Assembly (NCBI GenBank): GCA_903856025.1
Contig: CAIOAQ010000368.1
Span: forward strand, 1 to 40,847
Direction of reading: 5' to 3'
DNA length: 40,847 bases
Source: an uncultured beta proteobacterium
GTDB lineage: Bacteria > Pseudomonadota > Gammaproteobacteria > Burkholderiales > Burkholderiaceae_C
The stretch's first letter is position 1, and the number at the start of each line of letters is the position of its first letter. This document shows, one piece after another, positions 29,273-38,657 of this stretch. The position numbers and the translations under genes were made by a program. The notes below the pieces were generated by a model that was not told the DNA's origin, did no database searches, and saw only the letters and a program-made list of their open reading frames with translations.

Positions 29273-30115
29273 GTGGCCGTGATGGACAGGGTTGTGACGC
29301 GTCTCCCGGCTCCGCAGGCCTATCGGGCGATTGAAGTCGGCAGCGTTCGCGCTGGGGTTTGTGCCTTTGTTCAAGACCGGGTGGCGGAAGAAGTGCCTGT
29401 GGCGCTGGAGTTCAACGGCATCTCGCATGCGGTGATGATGGCCACACCGACTGATCTGGAAGATTTTGCGTACGGGTTTTCAATGACCGAGTGCATCGTG
29501 GACGATGTCTCCCAGATCCATGACTGTGAATGGACCACCAGTGCGCAGGGCTGCACGGTGCACCTCAGTATTGCCGCGTCGTGTTTTGCACGGTTGAAAG
29601 AGAAGCGGCGCAATTTGACAGGCCGCACGGGTTGCGGGCTGTGTGGCACCGAGAGTCTGGCGCATGCCATGCGGGCGGTTGAGCCGCTGACAACGCCTCT
29701 TTGTTTTGATGCCAACGCGGTGCTCCTGGCCGCTGCGAGTTTGCGCGACCACCAATGTTTGCTGGCCGTGACCGGCGCCACCCACGCGGCAGCGTGGTGC
29801 AGGGCAGACGGCCAGATCGAGCTGGTTCGTGAAGACGTAGGCCGCCATAACGCGCTCGACAAACTGGTGGGTGCACTGCTGCGCTCCAGCCTGGATGTTG
29901 GCAGTGGTTTTGTCGTCGTCACCAGCCGCGCCAGTTATGAAATGGTGCAGAAAACAGCGACGGCGGGCATCGCCTTGCTGGCGGCCGTCTCGGGTGTGAC
30001 CGGTCTGGCGGTAGACGTGGCTCAGGAGGCGGGGCTGACACTGCTGGGTTTTACCCGGGGCACAGATTTTTCAATTTACAGCCACCCGCAACGGCTTTCT
30101 CTGGACTCCAAATGA
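29273..30115 (+). CDS. fdhD: Formate dehydrogenase accessory sulfurtransferase FdsC/FdhD
   Basis: VAEEVPVAL, GRTGCGLCG, REDVGRHNALDKL, TSRASYEMVQK. Confidence 0.94.
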   Translation: MAVMDRVVTRLPAPQAYRAIEVGSVRAGVCAFVQDRVAEEVPVALEFNGISHAVMMATPTDLEDFAYGFSMTECIVDDVSQIHDCEWTTSAQGCTVHLSIAASCFARLKEKRRNLTGRTGCGLCGTESLAHAMRAVEPLTTPLCFDANAVLLAAASLRDHQCLLAVTGATHAAAWCRADGQIELVREDVGRHNALDKLVGALLRSSLDVGSGFVVVTSRASYEMVQKTATAGIALLAAVSGVTGLAVDVAQEAGLTLLGFTRGTDFSIYSHPQRLSLDSK

Positions 30116-30339
30116 CACACGACGACACCCTGATTCGCATGGCCAACCAGATTGGCACTTTTTTCGAGAGCATGCCCGACCGTGCGGAAGCCTTGGCGGG
30201 CATTGCCAAGCACATCAAAAACTTCTGGGACCCGCGCATGCGCAAGGCCTTTCTGGCAAAGGTGGACGACCATGCCCACCCCGGCATCAAGCCGATTGTG
30301 CTGGAGGCCATTCATGCACATCGAGCTTTGATTAGGTAG
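30112..30339 (+). CDS. fdsD: Formate dehydrogenase delta subunit
   Basis: LIRMANQIGTFF, HIKNFWDPRMR. Confidence 0.93.
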   Translation: MTHDDTLIRMANQIGTFFESMPDRAEALAGIAKHIKNFWDPRMRKAFLAKVDDHAHPGIKPIVLEAIHAHRALIR

Positions 30340-30345
30340 TCGAAT

Positions 30346-30409
30346 TGCTATCTAATTGGTAGCTTCTTGCGCATACAAAACGAGGGCTACAAGCCTATTT
30401 TATATATAA
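30346..30409 (+). repeat. Dispersed fixed-spacing element, copy 4 (fills the gap between convergent fdsD and azlD)
   Basis: TGCT atctaattg GTAGC ttcttgcgcatacaaa ACGAGGGCTA caagcctatttt. Confidence 0.88.
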
Positions 30410-30419
30410 GAGTGGCCTG

Positions 30420-30743
30420 CTACGGCAAATTGCGCAGCAGCACATACAGCGTGGTGCCCGCCAGGATGCTCAAAAGTGGGTGTTTTCGCCACCATTGCAG
30501 GACTGCCACCGTGGTGACAGCGGCCAGTTCAGCCCATGGGCCTGAGGGGTTGGTACGGGCGCTGCCCACCAAGGTGTGCAGTAACAACAGCGTCATGATG
30601 GCCAGTGGCAAAAAACGGCCCAGACGCTGCACCAGCGGATGGCTTTGCAGAAAGCGCGCCGCCAGAAACGGCAACGCGCGCAGGCCAAAAGTGACCACAG
30701 CCATGGCGGCCAGCACACCCAAGGCGTATCGGGAGTCGATCAT
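30420..30743 (-). CDS. azlD: AzlD-family branched-chain amino acid export protein
   Basis: MAVVTFGLRALPF, LGRFLPLAIM, LLSILAGTTLY; ATGA overlap with azlC. Confidence 0.85.
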   Translation of the reverse strand: MIDSRYALGVLAAMAVVTFGLRALPFLAARFLQSHPLVQRLGRFLPLAIMTLLLLHTLVGSARTNPSGPWAELAAVTTVAVLQWWRKHPLLSILAGTTLYVLLRNLP

Positions 30744-31447
30744 GGGGTCACCTCCTGGGCGGCAGACGGGGGCCAAATCAAGCCCGTCAACACACACAAG
30801 GCAATGGCGACCAGCAGCGCCTGCTGCGGCATCACCACCGAAGCCACGGCGTAACTCAGCACCGCCACCCACAGCGGTGCGCTGGAGTCCGCGCCCCGCC
30901 ACTGCTCGACCGCCAGCACGGCAAACAACGCGGCCAGCGCAAAGTCCAGCCCGACCAGCGTGATTTGGGCTTGTGCCCCGATCACCGCACCCAGCAAGGT
31001 GCCAAGTACCCACCAACCCTGGTTAAGCATGGCTACGGTCACCATTTGGCCGGCGCGCGTTTCAGGGGGCAGGGTGGTGAGCACCGAATAAGTCTCATCT
31101 GTCAGCGCAAACACCAGATACCAGCGCGCCCACGGCTGACTGGGCAACTTGTGCAGCAGCGACAGGCCGTAAAACATGTGGCGCAAATTCACCACCAGCG
31201 TGGCCAGCGCAATCGTGGCCACGGGCAAACCCGCTGCCAGCATGGGCACCATCATGAATTGTGAGGCACCGGCATAGACAAACACGCTGGCTGTGAGCGC
31301 CAGCCACCACGGTGCACCGGCTTGGACGAACAGAAACCCGAACACCATGCCCAAGGGCACGTAGCCCATGGCCACAGGGACGGAGAGCGACAGCACGGAA
31401 ACGGTAGGTGCCGCTGGCGGGGGTGTTTCAGGTGGCGTGGAAGTCAT
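30740..31447 (-). CDS. azlC: AzlC-family branched-chain amino acid export permease
   Basis: PVAMGYVPLGMVFG, YAGASQF, VNLRHMFYGLS, LTDETYS, GLDFALAALF. Confidence 0.9.
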   Translation of the reverse strand: MTSTPPETPPPAAPTVSVLSLSVPVAMGYVPLGMVFGFLFVQAGAPWWLALTASVFVYAGASQFMMVPMLAAGLPVATIALATLVVNLRHMFYGLSLLHKLPSQPWARWYLVFALTDETYSVLTTLPPETRAGQMVTVAMLNQGWWVLGTLLGAVIGAQAQITLVGLDFALAALFAVLAVEQWRGADSSAPLWVAVLSYAVASVVMPQQALLVAIALCVLTGLIWPPSAAQEVTP

Positions 31448-31594
31448 GGCACGGGGGTGAGGGGTACAGCTGATCAATGCCAAGAATGTACCAGCCCGCA
31501 GGGATGGGCGCCCATGGCCCACTTGGCTTGGCAGCCTGCCTTGTAAAGCATGCAGCGTGCGTCGCATAATCTTCTGAAACTACTGGAGAAACTG

Positions 31595-32278
31595 ATGTCC
31601 AAGTCCCCCAAGATTGCCGTTCTGATCGCTGGCTGTGGTCACCTCGATGGTGCTGAAGTGCGTGAAGCCGTGTTGACCCTTCTGGCGCTGGACCAGCAGG
31701 GTGCTCAGTTTCAATGCATTGCGCCCAACGCGCCGCAGTTTCACGTCGTCAACCATGTGACAGGCGAAGTGGTGGCAGGCGCGACCCGTAATATTCTGGA
31801 GGAATCCAGCCGCATTGCCCGTGTCGGGCAGTGCCTGGATCTGGCGCAGGCCAAGGTGGGCGACTATGACGCGTTGGTCATGCCGGGTGGCTTCGGCGTA
31901 GCCAAAAACCATTGTTCGTTTGCCTTCAAAGGCGTGGATGCCAATGTGCGCCCGGACGTGGCAGACTTCATTCGCGGCTTCTTTGATGCGAAAAAACCCG
32001 TGGGTGCGATATGTATTGCGCCAGCGCTGGTGGCTTTGGTGCTGCACCAGACGCAAGGCAGTGCCAGGCTGACTTTGGGCAACGATGCCGGTTGCGCCGC
32101 GGCCTTGACGCAACTTGGACAGCAAAGCCAGAGCACGCCCAATGCCTCGGAAATTGTGATCGACGAGGCCTACAAGCTCATCACCACCCCCGCCTACATG
32201 TTTGACGATGCCAAGCTGAGTGATGTGTTCACCGGTATTAACCGTTGTGTGGCGGAAGTGCTGAAGCGCGTGTCCTGA
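31595..32278 (+). CDS. elbB: ElbB (ES1/DJ-1 family) glyoxalase
   Basis: GCGHLDGAEVREAV, RNILEESSRIAR, PGGFGVAKN, GAICIAP, TTPAYM; ATG 31595 with GGAG RBS. Confidence 0.92.
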   Translation: MSKSPKIAVLIAGCGHLDGAEVREAVLTLLALDQQGAQFQCIAPNAPQFHVVNHVTGEVVAGATRNILEESSRIARVGQCLDLAQAKVGDYDALVMPGGFGVAKNHCSFAFKGVDANVRPDVADFIRGFFDAKKPVGAICIAPALVALVLHQTQGSARLTLGNDAGCAAALTQLGQQSQSTPNASEIVIDEAYKLITTPAYMFDDAKLSDVFTGINRCVAEVLKRVS

Positions 32279-32301
32279 AAATCAGCAACGGATATCCAAG
32301 A

Positions 32302-34764
32302 CTAAATTTCAAAGTAGCCATTGTCAATACTGAGTTCATAGCCATTGACATAGTAGCTTGTGTGGACTGATTTTGCGAGCACCACGCGGTTGCGACCCTG
32401 GTCTTTGGCTTGGTACATGGCGGCGTCAGCGAGTTTGATGACGGCTTCATAGTCGGTGGTGTCGGTGGTCAACAGCGCCACGCCCACGCTGCAGGTGCAG
32501 TGGTGTTCTACGACACTGTCTTGTTGTTCCGGTGGGTAGCGGCCTAGCAGGAAGGGTTCGGCCAGACTCAAACGGACTTTTTCTGCGATGGCCAGCGCTT
32601 GTTCTGCAGAGGATTGCGGGTTGGTGTCGAGCTCACTGAGCAAGACCATAAATTCGTCGCCACCAATGCGCGCCACGGTATCGACTTCACGCACACAGTT
32701 TTTCAGACGCTTGGCGACTTCTACCAGCAACAGGTCGCCCATGGCATGACCATAGGTGTCATTGAGGGGCTTGAAATTGTCCAGGTCCAGAAACATGACC
32801 GCACCCAAGCGGTTGTTGCGCTTGTTGATGAGCAGCGTTTGGTTAAGCCGATCGGTCAGCAGGCGGCGATTGGGCAAGCTTGTGAGCGGGTCAAAAAAAG
32901 CCAATTGACGCACTTGCTCTTCGATCTCCTTGCGTCCGGTGATGTCCGAAAACAGCGCCACGTATTGGCGTGTGATGCCCAGGGAATCACGCACCGCGCT
33001 GATGTTGAGCTGTTCAGGATAAATGTCGCCATTTTTGCGGCGGTTCCAGATCTCGCCACTCCAGTGACCATCGCTCAGCAGCGTTTGCCACAAGGCTTCA
33101 TAAAACGTCGCATCCTGTCGCCCCGATTTGAGAATGCGCGGGTTTTGACCCATGGCTTCTTCACGGCTGTAGCCGGTGATCACGCTGAAGTTGTCGTTGA
33201 CATCCAGAATGGTGCCCAGGTCGTCGGTGATGATGATGCCTTCATAGGCGTAACTGAACACTTTGGCTGCCAGCTCAACTTTGAGCTGGGCCTGCTTGGC
33301 CTCTGTCACGTCCTGAAAGGAGCCGTACAGCATCTCCACCTGCTTCAGGTCGTTCAGATGAATCTGAAATCGGGCAATGCAGAAACGGTTGCTGCCATCC
33401 GGGCGCATGACGGTGAGCTCGGTTTGGCAGGGGCCAAATTGGCTTTTGGCGGTGTTGATGGTCTCGCGCAAGCGATCCATGTCGCTGGCCGAAAAATACC
33501 TGGCTTGACCGGCAATAGGGGGTGCTTTGGCACCAGGGGAAAGCCCAAAAATGTGGTACATCTCCTCGGACCAGATGACCTGATCGGTGGCCATGTCCCA
33601 TTGCCAGCTGCCCAGGTGGGCCGCGGTCTCTGCGCGTACCAACATGGTTCGCTGGTTTGCAAGCGTGTTTTGCTGTTGTTCGATGGTCGCCAGCAGGATG
33701 TTGAAGCTGTGGATCAACCCGCCGATCTCATCACGGCGCTTGACTTCAAGCGGTTGCAGGCTCTGCCCCGACAGGGTCCGTTTGGCCAGCGCTTTGACGG
33801 TGGTCTCGACCGGCTCCAATTGGTGGTGAATCATCCACCACGTCAGCATGGTGGCCAGCACCGTCAGCAAAAAGGTGGCAATGAGCATGCGATGTTGCAT
33901 GGTGCGAATGGGTGAAAACGCTTCTTCGGTCGGCAGCACCACGGCCATGAACCAGCCGGTCGCTGCAATGGTCTTGTCGGTGGCCAAAATATCGACACCC
34001 TGAGGATTGCGCATCAGCTGAGTGCCGTTATAACCGGACAAAAACCGGTCGATGGCGGCATTGCCACCGGGCGCTGGGAGTTGTTCCAGAATGCGCCGGT
34101 GGTCAGAGGCGGTGATCACACGCCTGAGTTTCGGGTCGATCAGCAGATAGCCACCGGTCTGACCGTAGCTTCCCTCAGAGATCAGGTCCAGAAAGCTGGG
34201 GCGACTCAGGTCGGTGACACCCACCAACGCGCCCACCACGTCGCCCTGCTTGTTGCGGATCGGCACCGCGATGTCAATCACGGGGCTTTTCAGTGCACGC
34301 CCCTCGACGGGCGAGCCATAGGCGGACTGGCCGTGCAGCAGCGTGCTGCGGGCGTAATCGCGGTCCATAAAACTCAAACCTACCCGGCCTGTGCCGCGCG
34401 GCAGTTCGGCAATGGCTTGACCCGCTTGGTTGAGCACCATCGCGCCGCCATTGAACGAGTGGTTGAGCAACAATTGGGTTTCCAGATGCGCCTGCAAGGC
34501 GCCTGTTGAGGCCATAACAAGGGCGTCCATCCGAGATGACACTTGCTCCAGCATACCCAAACGGTCGGACAATTCGTGCTGAACTTCATTGGTCAGTAGC
34601 GTGACGGCAGAAGTTTGCTGTTGGCTGAGCATTTGCTGCATGTCGGTGCGCAGTTCGTGGCTCGAAAACAGCGACAGGCTCCACAAGCTGAGCACAAAAA
34701 TGACCAGCGTGAACAAAGTCACCCGTGTCTTAAGTGAATGGCGCTGAAAAAAGTCAAGCCGCAT
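32302..34764 (-). CDS. Membrane sensor diguanylate cyclase (Cache-HAMP-PAS-PAS-GGDEF)
   Basis: Two TM segments around a periplasmic domain, HAMP (RRDEIGGL), two PAS domains (GSWQWD; GEIWNRRKNG), DLDNFKPLNDTYGH, intact GGDEF with REVD I-site; no EAL. Confidence 0.92.
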   Translation of the reverse strand: MRLDFFQRHSLKTRVTLFTLVIFVLSLWSLSLFSSHELRTDMQQMLSQQQTSAVTLLTNEVQHELSDRLGMLEQVSSRMDALVMASTGALQAHLETQLLLNHSFNGGAMVLNQAGQAIAELPRGTGRVGLSFMDRDYARSTLLHGQSAYGSPVEGRALKSPVIDIAVPIRNKQGDVVGALVGVTDLSRPSFLDLISEGSYGQTGGYLLIDPKLRRVITASDHRRILEQLPAPGGNAAIDRFLSGYNGTQLMRNPQGVDILATDKTIAATGWFMAVVLPTEEAFSPIRTMQHRMLIATFLLTVLATMLTWWMIHHQLEPVETTVKALAKRTLSGQSLQPLEVKRRDEIGGLIHSFNILLATIEQQQNTLANQRTMLVRAETAAHLGSWQWDMATDQVIWSEEMYHIFGLSPGAKAPPIAGQARYFSASDMDRLRETINTAKSQFGPCQTELTVMRPDGSNRFCIARFQIHLNDLKQVEMLYGSFQDVTEAKQAQLKVELAAKVFSYAYEGIIITDDLGTILDVNDNFSVITGYSREEAMGQNPRILKSGRQDATFYEALWQTLLSDGHWSGEIWNRRKNGDIYPEQLNISAVRDSLGITRQYVALFSDITGRKEIEEQVRQLAFFDPLTSLPNRRLLTDRLNQTLLINKRNNRLGAVMFLDLDNFKPLNDTYGHAMGDLLLVEVAKRLKNCVREVDTVARIGGDEFMVLLSELDTNPQSSAEQALAIAEKVRLSLAEPFLLGRYPPEQQDSVVEHHCTCSVGVALLTTDTTDYEAVIKLADAAMYQAKDQGRNRVVLAKSVHTSYYVNGYELSIDNGYFEI

Positions 34765-34821
34765 GCGGCCATGCTACGCCATTCAAATCACTTTGCCAAC
34801 CACATATTGATACCAAATGTA

Positions 34822-34883
34822 TCTGGCTATTTAAAGCTATACCTCTCGTTTTTAAAGTGTTTATCGCTATAAATTTGGAAGCA
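34822..34883 (-). repeat. Dispersed fixed-spacing element, copy 5 (intergenic, more degenerate right arm)
   Basis: Minus strand: TGCT tccaaattt ATAGC gataaacactttaaaa ACGAGAGGTA tagctttaaata. Confidence 0.72.
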
Positions 34884-34885
34884 CG

Positions 34886-36028
34886 TCAGATGACACGGGT
34901 GCTGGGCCTTTGCCCCAATTTGCGGTACAGCGTGGCGCGGCTAAGTCCCAACGCGCGAGCCGCCTGGCCAACGTTGCCACGGGCATCCTCCAGCGCCTTG
35001 CGGATCATGGCGGCTTCTACATCCCGCAAAGCCATGGCGGGTGTGGCGCTCAAGCCGGTTTGGAGCAGTTCCGTTTCGTTGGCGCGGGCAATGGCTTGAG
35101 CTTGCAGCCGCAGCCCACTCCACAGGGGCAATTCCAGCACCTGGCCGGGGCGTTTGGCGGCATCAAAAAGTTGCTCAAACGCCAGGCCAAACACCTCGGT
35201 CACCTGCACCATGCATTGCCCCGGCGCGGGCAGTCCTGGCACCAGTTGGCGCGCCACCGGGTTGGCAGCGGTGATCCGTCCATCGCCGTCCAGGCACAGC
35301 AGGCCATCGGCTTCTGTGCCAAAGGTATTGCCGGGCCAGTTCAGTCGCAGCATCAGCGCGTGGGGTTGCGCGCTGACCAGTGCATTTTCAATTTTGCTGG
35401 CCGACTGCATCACCAGGTGCTTGAGTTCCGGGCGCTCCTGGGCATCTACCCCGGTCACATCCAGCATGCCGACACACGCACCATCCGGCCCGAACAGGGG
35501 CGCACCGGCACAGCTGTAGCTGGACGTGGCTTCAAAAAAATGCTCGCCCCGGTGCAGCCAGACCGGCTGGAGCTCTGCCAAAGCGGTGCCAATGGCGGTG
35601 GTGCCAATGTGGCGCTCGGACAAATCGGTGCCCACGCGGGTGATCAGGTGGGCGCGACGATCGGTGTGGTCAATGGCACCACAGGCATCCACCACCACAC
35701 CCTGGGCATTGGTCAAAATGGCAAAGTAGCGGGTGTTGACAATGGCACGCGCCAGCCCTTGCAGGATCGGCTGCGCGGCCTGAATCAGCGGGTGGTTGGC
35801 TTCCAGCGTGCGCTTGAGTTGGGTGACATTGATCTGATCAAAGGACACCTGGGCCTGGGGTTGGAGTCCGGCATTCAGGCAACGCTGCCAGGACCGCTCC
35901 ACCCACGGCGCCACCCAGCCGGGGCTCAACGGGGCACGCCGCTCCAATACGGTCTGACGTGCCTGGGCGATCTGCGCCAGACGTGGCGAAGGTGGTGACA
36001 GGTCTGTGGAAGCGCTTGCGGGGTTCAT
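34886..36028 (-). CDS. GAF plus Fis-HTH regulator lacking the AAA+ domain
   Basis: SWQRCL, GTTAIGTAL, EHFF, YSCAGAPLFGPDG (AcoR-type GAF); C-terminal GNVGQAARALGLSRATLYRKL; no Walker A or GAFTGA. Confidence 0.88.
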   Translation of the reverse strand: MNPASASTDLSPPSPRLAQIAQARQTVLERRAPLSPGWVAPWVERSWQRCLNAGLQPQAQVSFDQINVTQLKRTLEANHPLIQAAQPILQGLARAIVNTRYFAILTNAQGVVVDACGAIDHTDRRAHLITRVGTDLSERHIGTTAIGTALAELQPVWLHRGEHFFEATSSYSCAGAPLFGPDGACVGMLDVTGVDAQERPELKHLVMQSASKIENALVSAQPHALMLRLNWPGNTFGTEADGLLCLDGDGRITAANPVARQLVPGLPAPGQCMVQVTEVFGLAFEQLFDAAKRPGQVLELPLWSGLRLQAQAIARANETELLQTGLSATPAMALRDVEAAMIRKALEDARGNVGQAARALGLSRATLYRKLGQRPSTRVI

Positions 36029-36116
36029 GTGTGTGGGCGTTTTCCCGAATCTATCTCAAAACATGAAAACCTGCATTTTTGTTCTACTTTTGAATTCTGG
36101 ATAGTCCGACAGTGCT

Positions 36117-36133
36117 TGTCTCATTTTGAGAAT
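36117..36133. promoter_or_regulatory. Putative operator for the GAF-Fis regulator upstream of the aor operon
   Basis: TGTCTCATTTTGAGAAT (TCTCA-ttt-TGAGA dyad), similar to 19169-19185. Confidence 0.55.
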
Positions 36134-36283
36134 GAATGGGGCAGTACCCGGTTTGGTTAGGGTTAGTCCTAGGTCACTGAGCGCACCAAACCTCAACAAT
36201 GGCTATGCATTTAATTTCATAAGAACTGCGCTGCATAAGTGCCGTTCGATTTAGGTTTTTCATCATCCACTGGAGAGACACAT

Positions 36284-36760
36284 ATGCAAAAGGTGTTGCA
36301 CATCAACGCAGACAAGTGCACCGGCTGTCTGCAATGCGAAATGGCCTGTTCCTTTGAGAACTACGGCACGTTTGCCACCGCCAAATCGCGCATCAAGGTA
36401 TTCAACTTTCACCATACCGGCAAGAAAGTCCCTTACACCTGCACCCAGTGCGACGAAGCCTGGTGCCTGCATGCCTGCCCGGTGGAAGCCATCACGGTGG
36501 ACAAGCTCACGGGCGCAAAAGTGGTCAACGAATCCACCTGCGTGGGCTGCAAGGTCTGCACCATCGCCTGCCCGTTTGGCACCATCAATTACGTTCAGGA
36601 AACCGGCAAGGTGCAAAAGTGCGACCTGTGCGGTGGTGAGCCGGCCTGCGCGGACGCTTGCCCCACCGGAGCCATCACCTTCATCGACGCCAACTGGACC
36701 GGTTTGGGCAAGATGGAACAGTGGGCTGACAAGCTCGGCAATCAACCTACAGCAGCTTAA
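36284..36760 (+). CDS. 4Fe-4S polyferredoxin subunit of aldehyde oxidoreductase (AorA-like)
   Basis: Four Cys clusters (CTGCLQCEMAC, CTQCDEAWCLHACP, CVGCKVCTIACP, KCDLC..CADACP); ATG 36284 with GGAG RBS. Confidence 0.9.
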   Translation: MQKVLHINADKCTGCLQCEMACSFENYGTFATAKSRIKVFNFHHTGKKVPYTCTQCDEAWCLHACPVEAITVDKLTGAKVVNESTCVGCKVCTIACPFGTINYVQETGKVQKCDLCGGEPACADACPTGAITFIDANWTGLGKMEQWADKLGNQPTAA

Positions 36761-36772
36761 GGAGAATCAATC

Positions 36773-38626
36773 ATGTCATGGGCTGGAAAAATCCTGCGCG
36801 TCAATCTGACTGCTGGCACCGTCAAATCTGAACCACTCAACATGGACTGGGCGCAAGCCTACATCGGCTCGCGTGGCCTGGGTACCAAGTACCTGGTCGA
36901 AGAAGTCGATGCCAAAGTCGACCCGCTCTCACCCGAGAACAAAATCATCTGGGCCACCGGCCCACTCACCGGCACCATGGCCTCCACAGGTGGGCGCTAC
37001 ACCGTCATCACCAAAGGCCCGCTGACCGGCGCCATTGCCTGCTCCAATTCGGGCGGCTACTGGGGTGCCGAGTTCAAGATGGCAGGCTGGGACATGGTCA
37101 TCTTCGAGGGCAAGTCCGCCAAACCGGTCTACCTGTACGTCAACGACGACGTGGCCGAGCTGCGCGACGCCACCCACCTGTGGGGCAAGAGCGTCTGGGA
37201 AACCGAAGAAATCATCAAAAAAGGCCTGCAAGACCCACTGACGCGCGTCTCCAGCATCGGCAAGGCCGGCGAGAACGGCGTGTTGTTTGCCGCCGTGGTC
37301 AACGACCTGCACCGCGCCGCGGGCCGCTCGGGCGTGGGGGCGGTCATGGGCAGCAAAAACCTCAAGGCCATTGCTGTGCGCGGCACCAAGGGCGTGGGCA
37401 ATATCCGTGACCCCAAAGCCTTCATGACGGCAGTAAAGGCCGCCAAAAAGGTGCTCGCTGAGAACGGTGTCACCGGCACCGGCCTGCCTGCCATGGGCAC
37501 CCAGGTGCTGATGAGCGTGATCAACGAAGTAGGTGGGTTGCCCACCCGCAACCACCAGGACAACCAGTTCGAAGGGGCCAAGGACATCGGAGCAGAAGCC
37601 ATGGCCAAACCCCGCGAAACCGACGGTAAAAAACACCTGGTCACCAACCAGGCGTGTTTTGGCTGCACCATCGCCTGTGGGCGCATCAGCAAAATGGACG
37701 AAGGCCACTTCACCATCGAAAACAAGCCCCAGTACCGCGGTGCCAACGGCGGCCTGGAATACGAAGCCGCCTGGGCACTGGGCGCGGCCAACGGCGTGAA
37801 CGACCTGGAATGTCTGCAATACGCCAACCTGCTGTGCAACGAAGAGGGCATTGACCCGATCAGCTTTGGTGCCACCGTGGGCGCGGTGATGGAACTCTAT
37901 GGCATGGGTGTGCTGACAAAAGAGCAAATTGGCATTGAGGCGCCCTTTGGCTCAGCCCGTGCGCTGGCCTTTTTGGCCGAGGAAACCGTCAACGGTCGCG
38001 GCTTTGGCAAGGAAATCGGCCAGGGCTCCAAACGCCTGACCGCCAAGTACGGCCACCCGGAACTGTCCATGTCCAGCAAGGGCCAGGAATTCCCGGCCTA
38101 TGACGGTCGCGCCATTCAGGGCATTGGCCTGGCTTATGCCACCAGCAACCGGGGCGGCTGCCACCTGCGCGGTTACACCATCGCCTCAGAAATTCTGGGC
38201 ATTCCGGTCAAGACCGACCCGCTGGAGTCTGCTGGCAAGCCCGAGTTGGTCAAAGCCTTCCAGGATGCCACCGCCGCGTTTGACTCATCGGGCCTGTGCA
38301 TCTTCACCACCTTTGCCTGGGGCCTGCAAGACCTGTCACCGCAAATGCAGGGTGCCTGTGGCGAGCAGTACACCATTGAAGAACTGGCCAAGATTGGTGA
38401 GCGCATCTGGAACATGGAGCGCGAGTTCAACAACCGCGCTGGCTTCACTAACAAAGACGACAGCCTGCCCGCGCGCTTGACGACGGCGGCTGAGGCTTGT
38501 AAAACCGGACCAGCCAAAGGCAAGTTCAACGAACTGGCCACCATGCTGCCTTTGTACTACGCGGCCCGCGGCTGGGACACCGAAGGCCGCCCGACCGCTG
38601 AAACGCGCGAACGTCTGAGCCTTTAA
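36773..38626 (+). CDS. aor: Tungsten-containing aldehyde:ferredoxin oxidoreductase family catalytic subunit (AorB-like)
   Basis: GKILRVNLT, TKGPLTG..SNSGG, AAGRSGVGAVMGSKNLKAI, CFGCTIACGR, LEYE, ATSNRGGCH, DSSGLCIF. Confidence 0.95.
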   Translation: MSWAGKILRVNLTAGTVKSEPLNMDWAQAYIGSRGLGTKYLVEEVDAKVDPLSPENKIIWATGPLTGTMASTGGRYTVITKGPLTGAIACSNSGGYWGAEFKMAGWDMVIFEGKSAKPVYLYVNDDVAELRDATHLWGKSVWETEEIIKKGLQDPLTRVSSIGKAGENGVLFAAVVNDLHRAAGRSGVGAVMGSKNLKAIAVRGTKGVGNIRDPKAFMTAVKAAKKVLAENGVTGTGLPAMGTQVLMSVINEVGGLPTRNHQDNQFEGAKDIGAEAMAKPRETDGKKHLVTNQACFGCTIACGRISKMDEGHFTIENKPQYRGANGGLEYEAAWALGAANGVNDLECLQYANLLCNEEGIDPISFGATVGAVMELYGMGVLTKEQIGIEAPFGSARALAFLAEETVNGRGFGKEIGQGSKRLTAKYGHPELSMSSKGQEFPAYDGRAIQGIGLAYATSNRGGCHLRGYTIASEILGIPVKTDPLESAGKPELVKAFQDATAAFDSSGLCIFTTFAWGLQDLSPQMQGACGEQYTIEELAKIGERIWNMEREFNNRAGFTNKDDSLPARLTTAAEACKTGPAKGKFNELATMLPLYYAARGWDTEGRPTAETRERLSL

Positions 38627-38657
38627 CCTCAGCTTATCCAAAGCGCTAGATGAAATT

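Noticed and set aside
32340-32390. Possible eighth copy of the dispersed element (AGCC attgacata GTAGC ... GCGAGCACCA)
   Set aside because: It needs a 17-nt spacer instead of 16, the right arm matches only 6/10, and the invariant C25 is missing.
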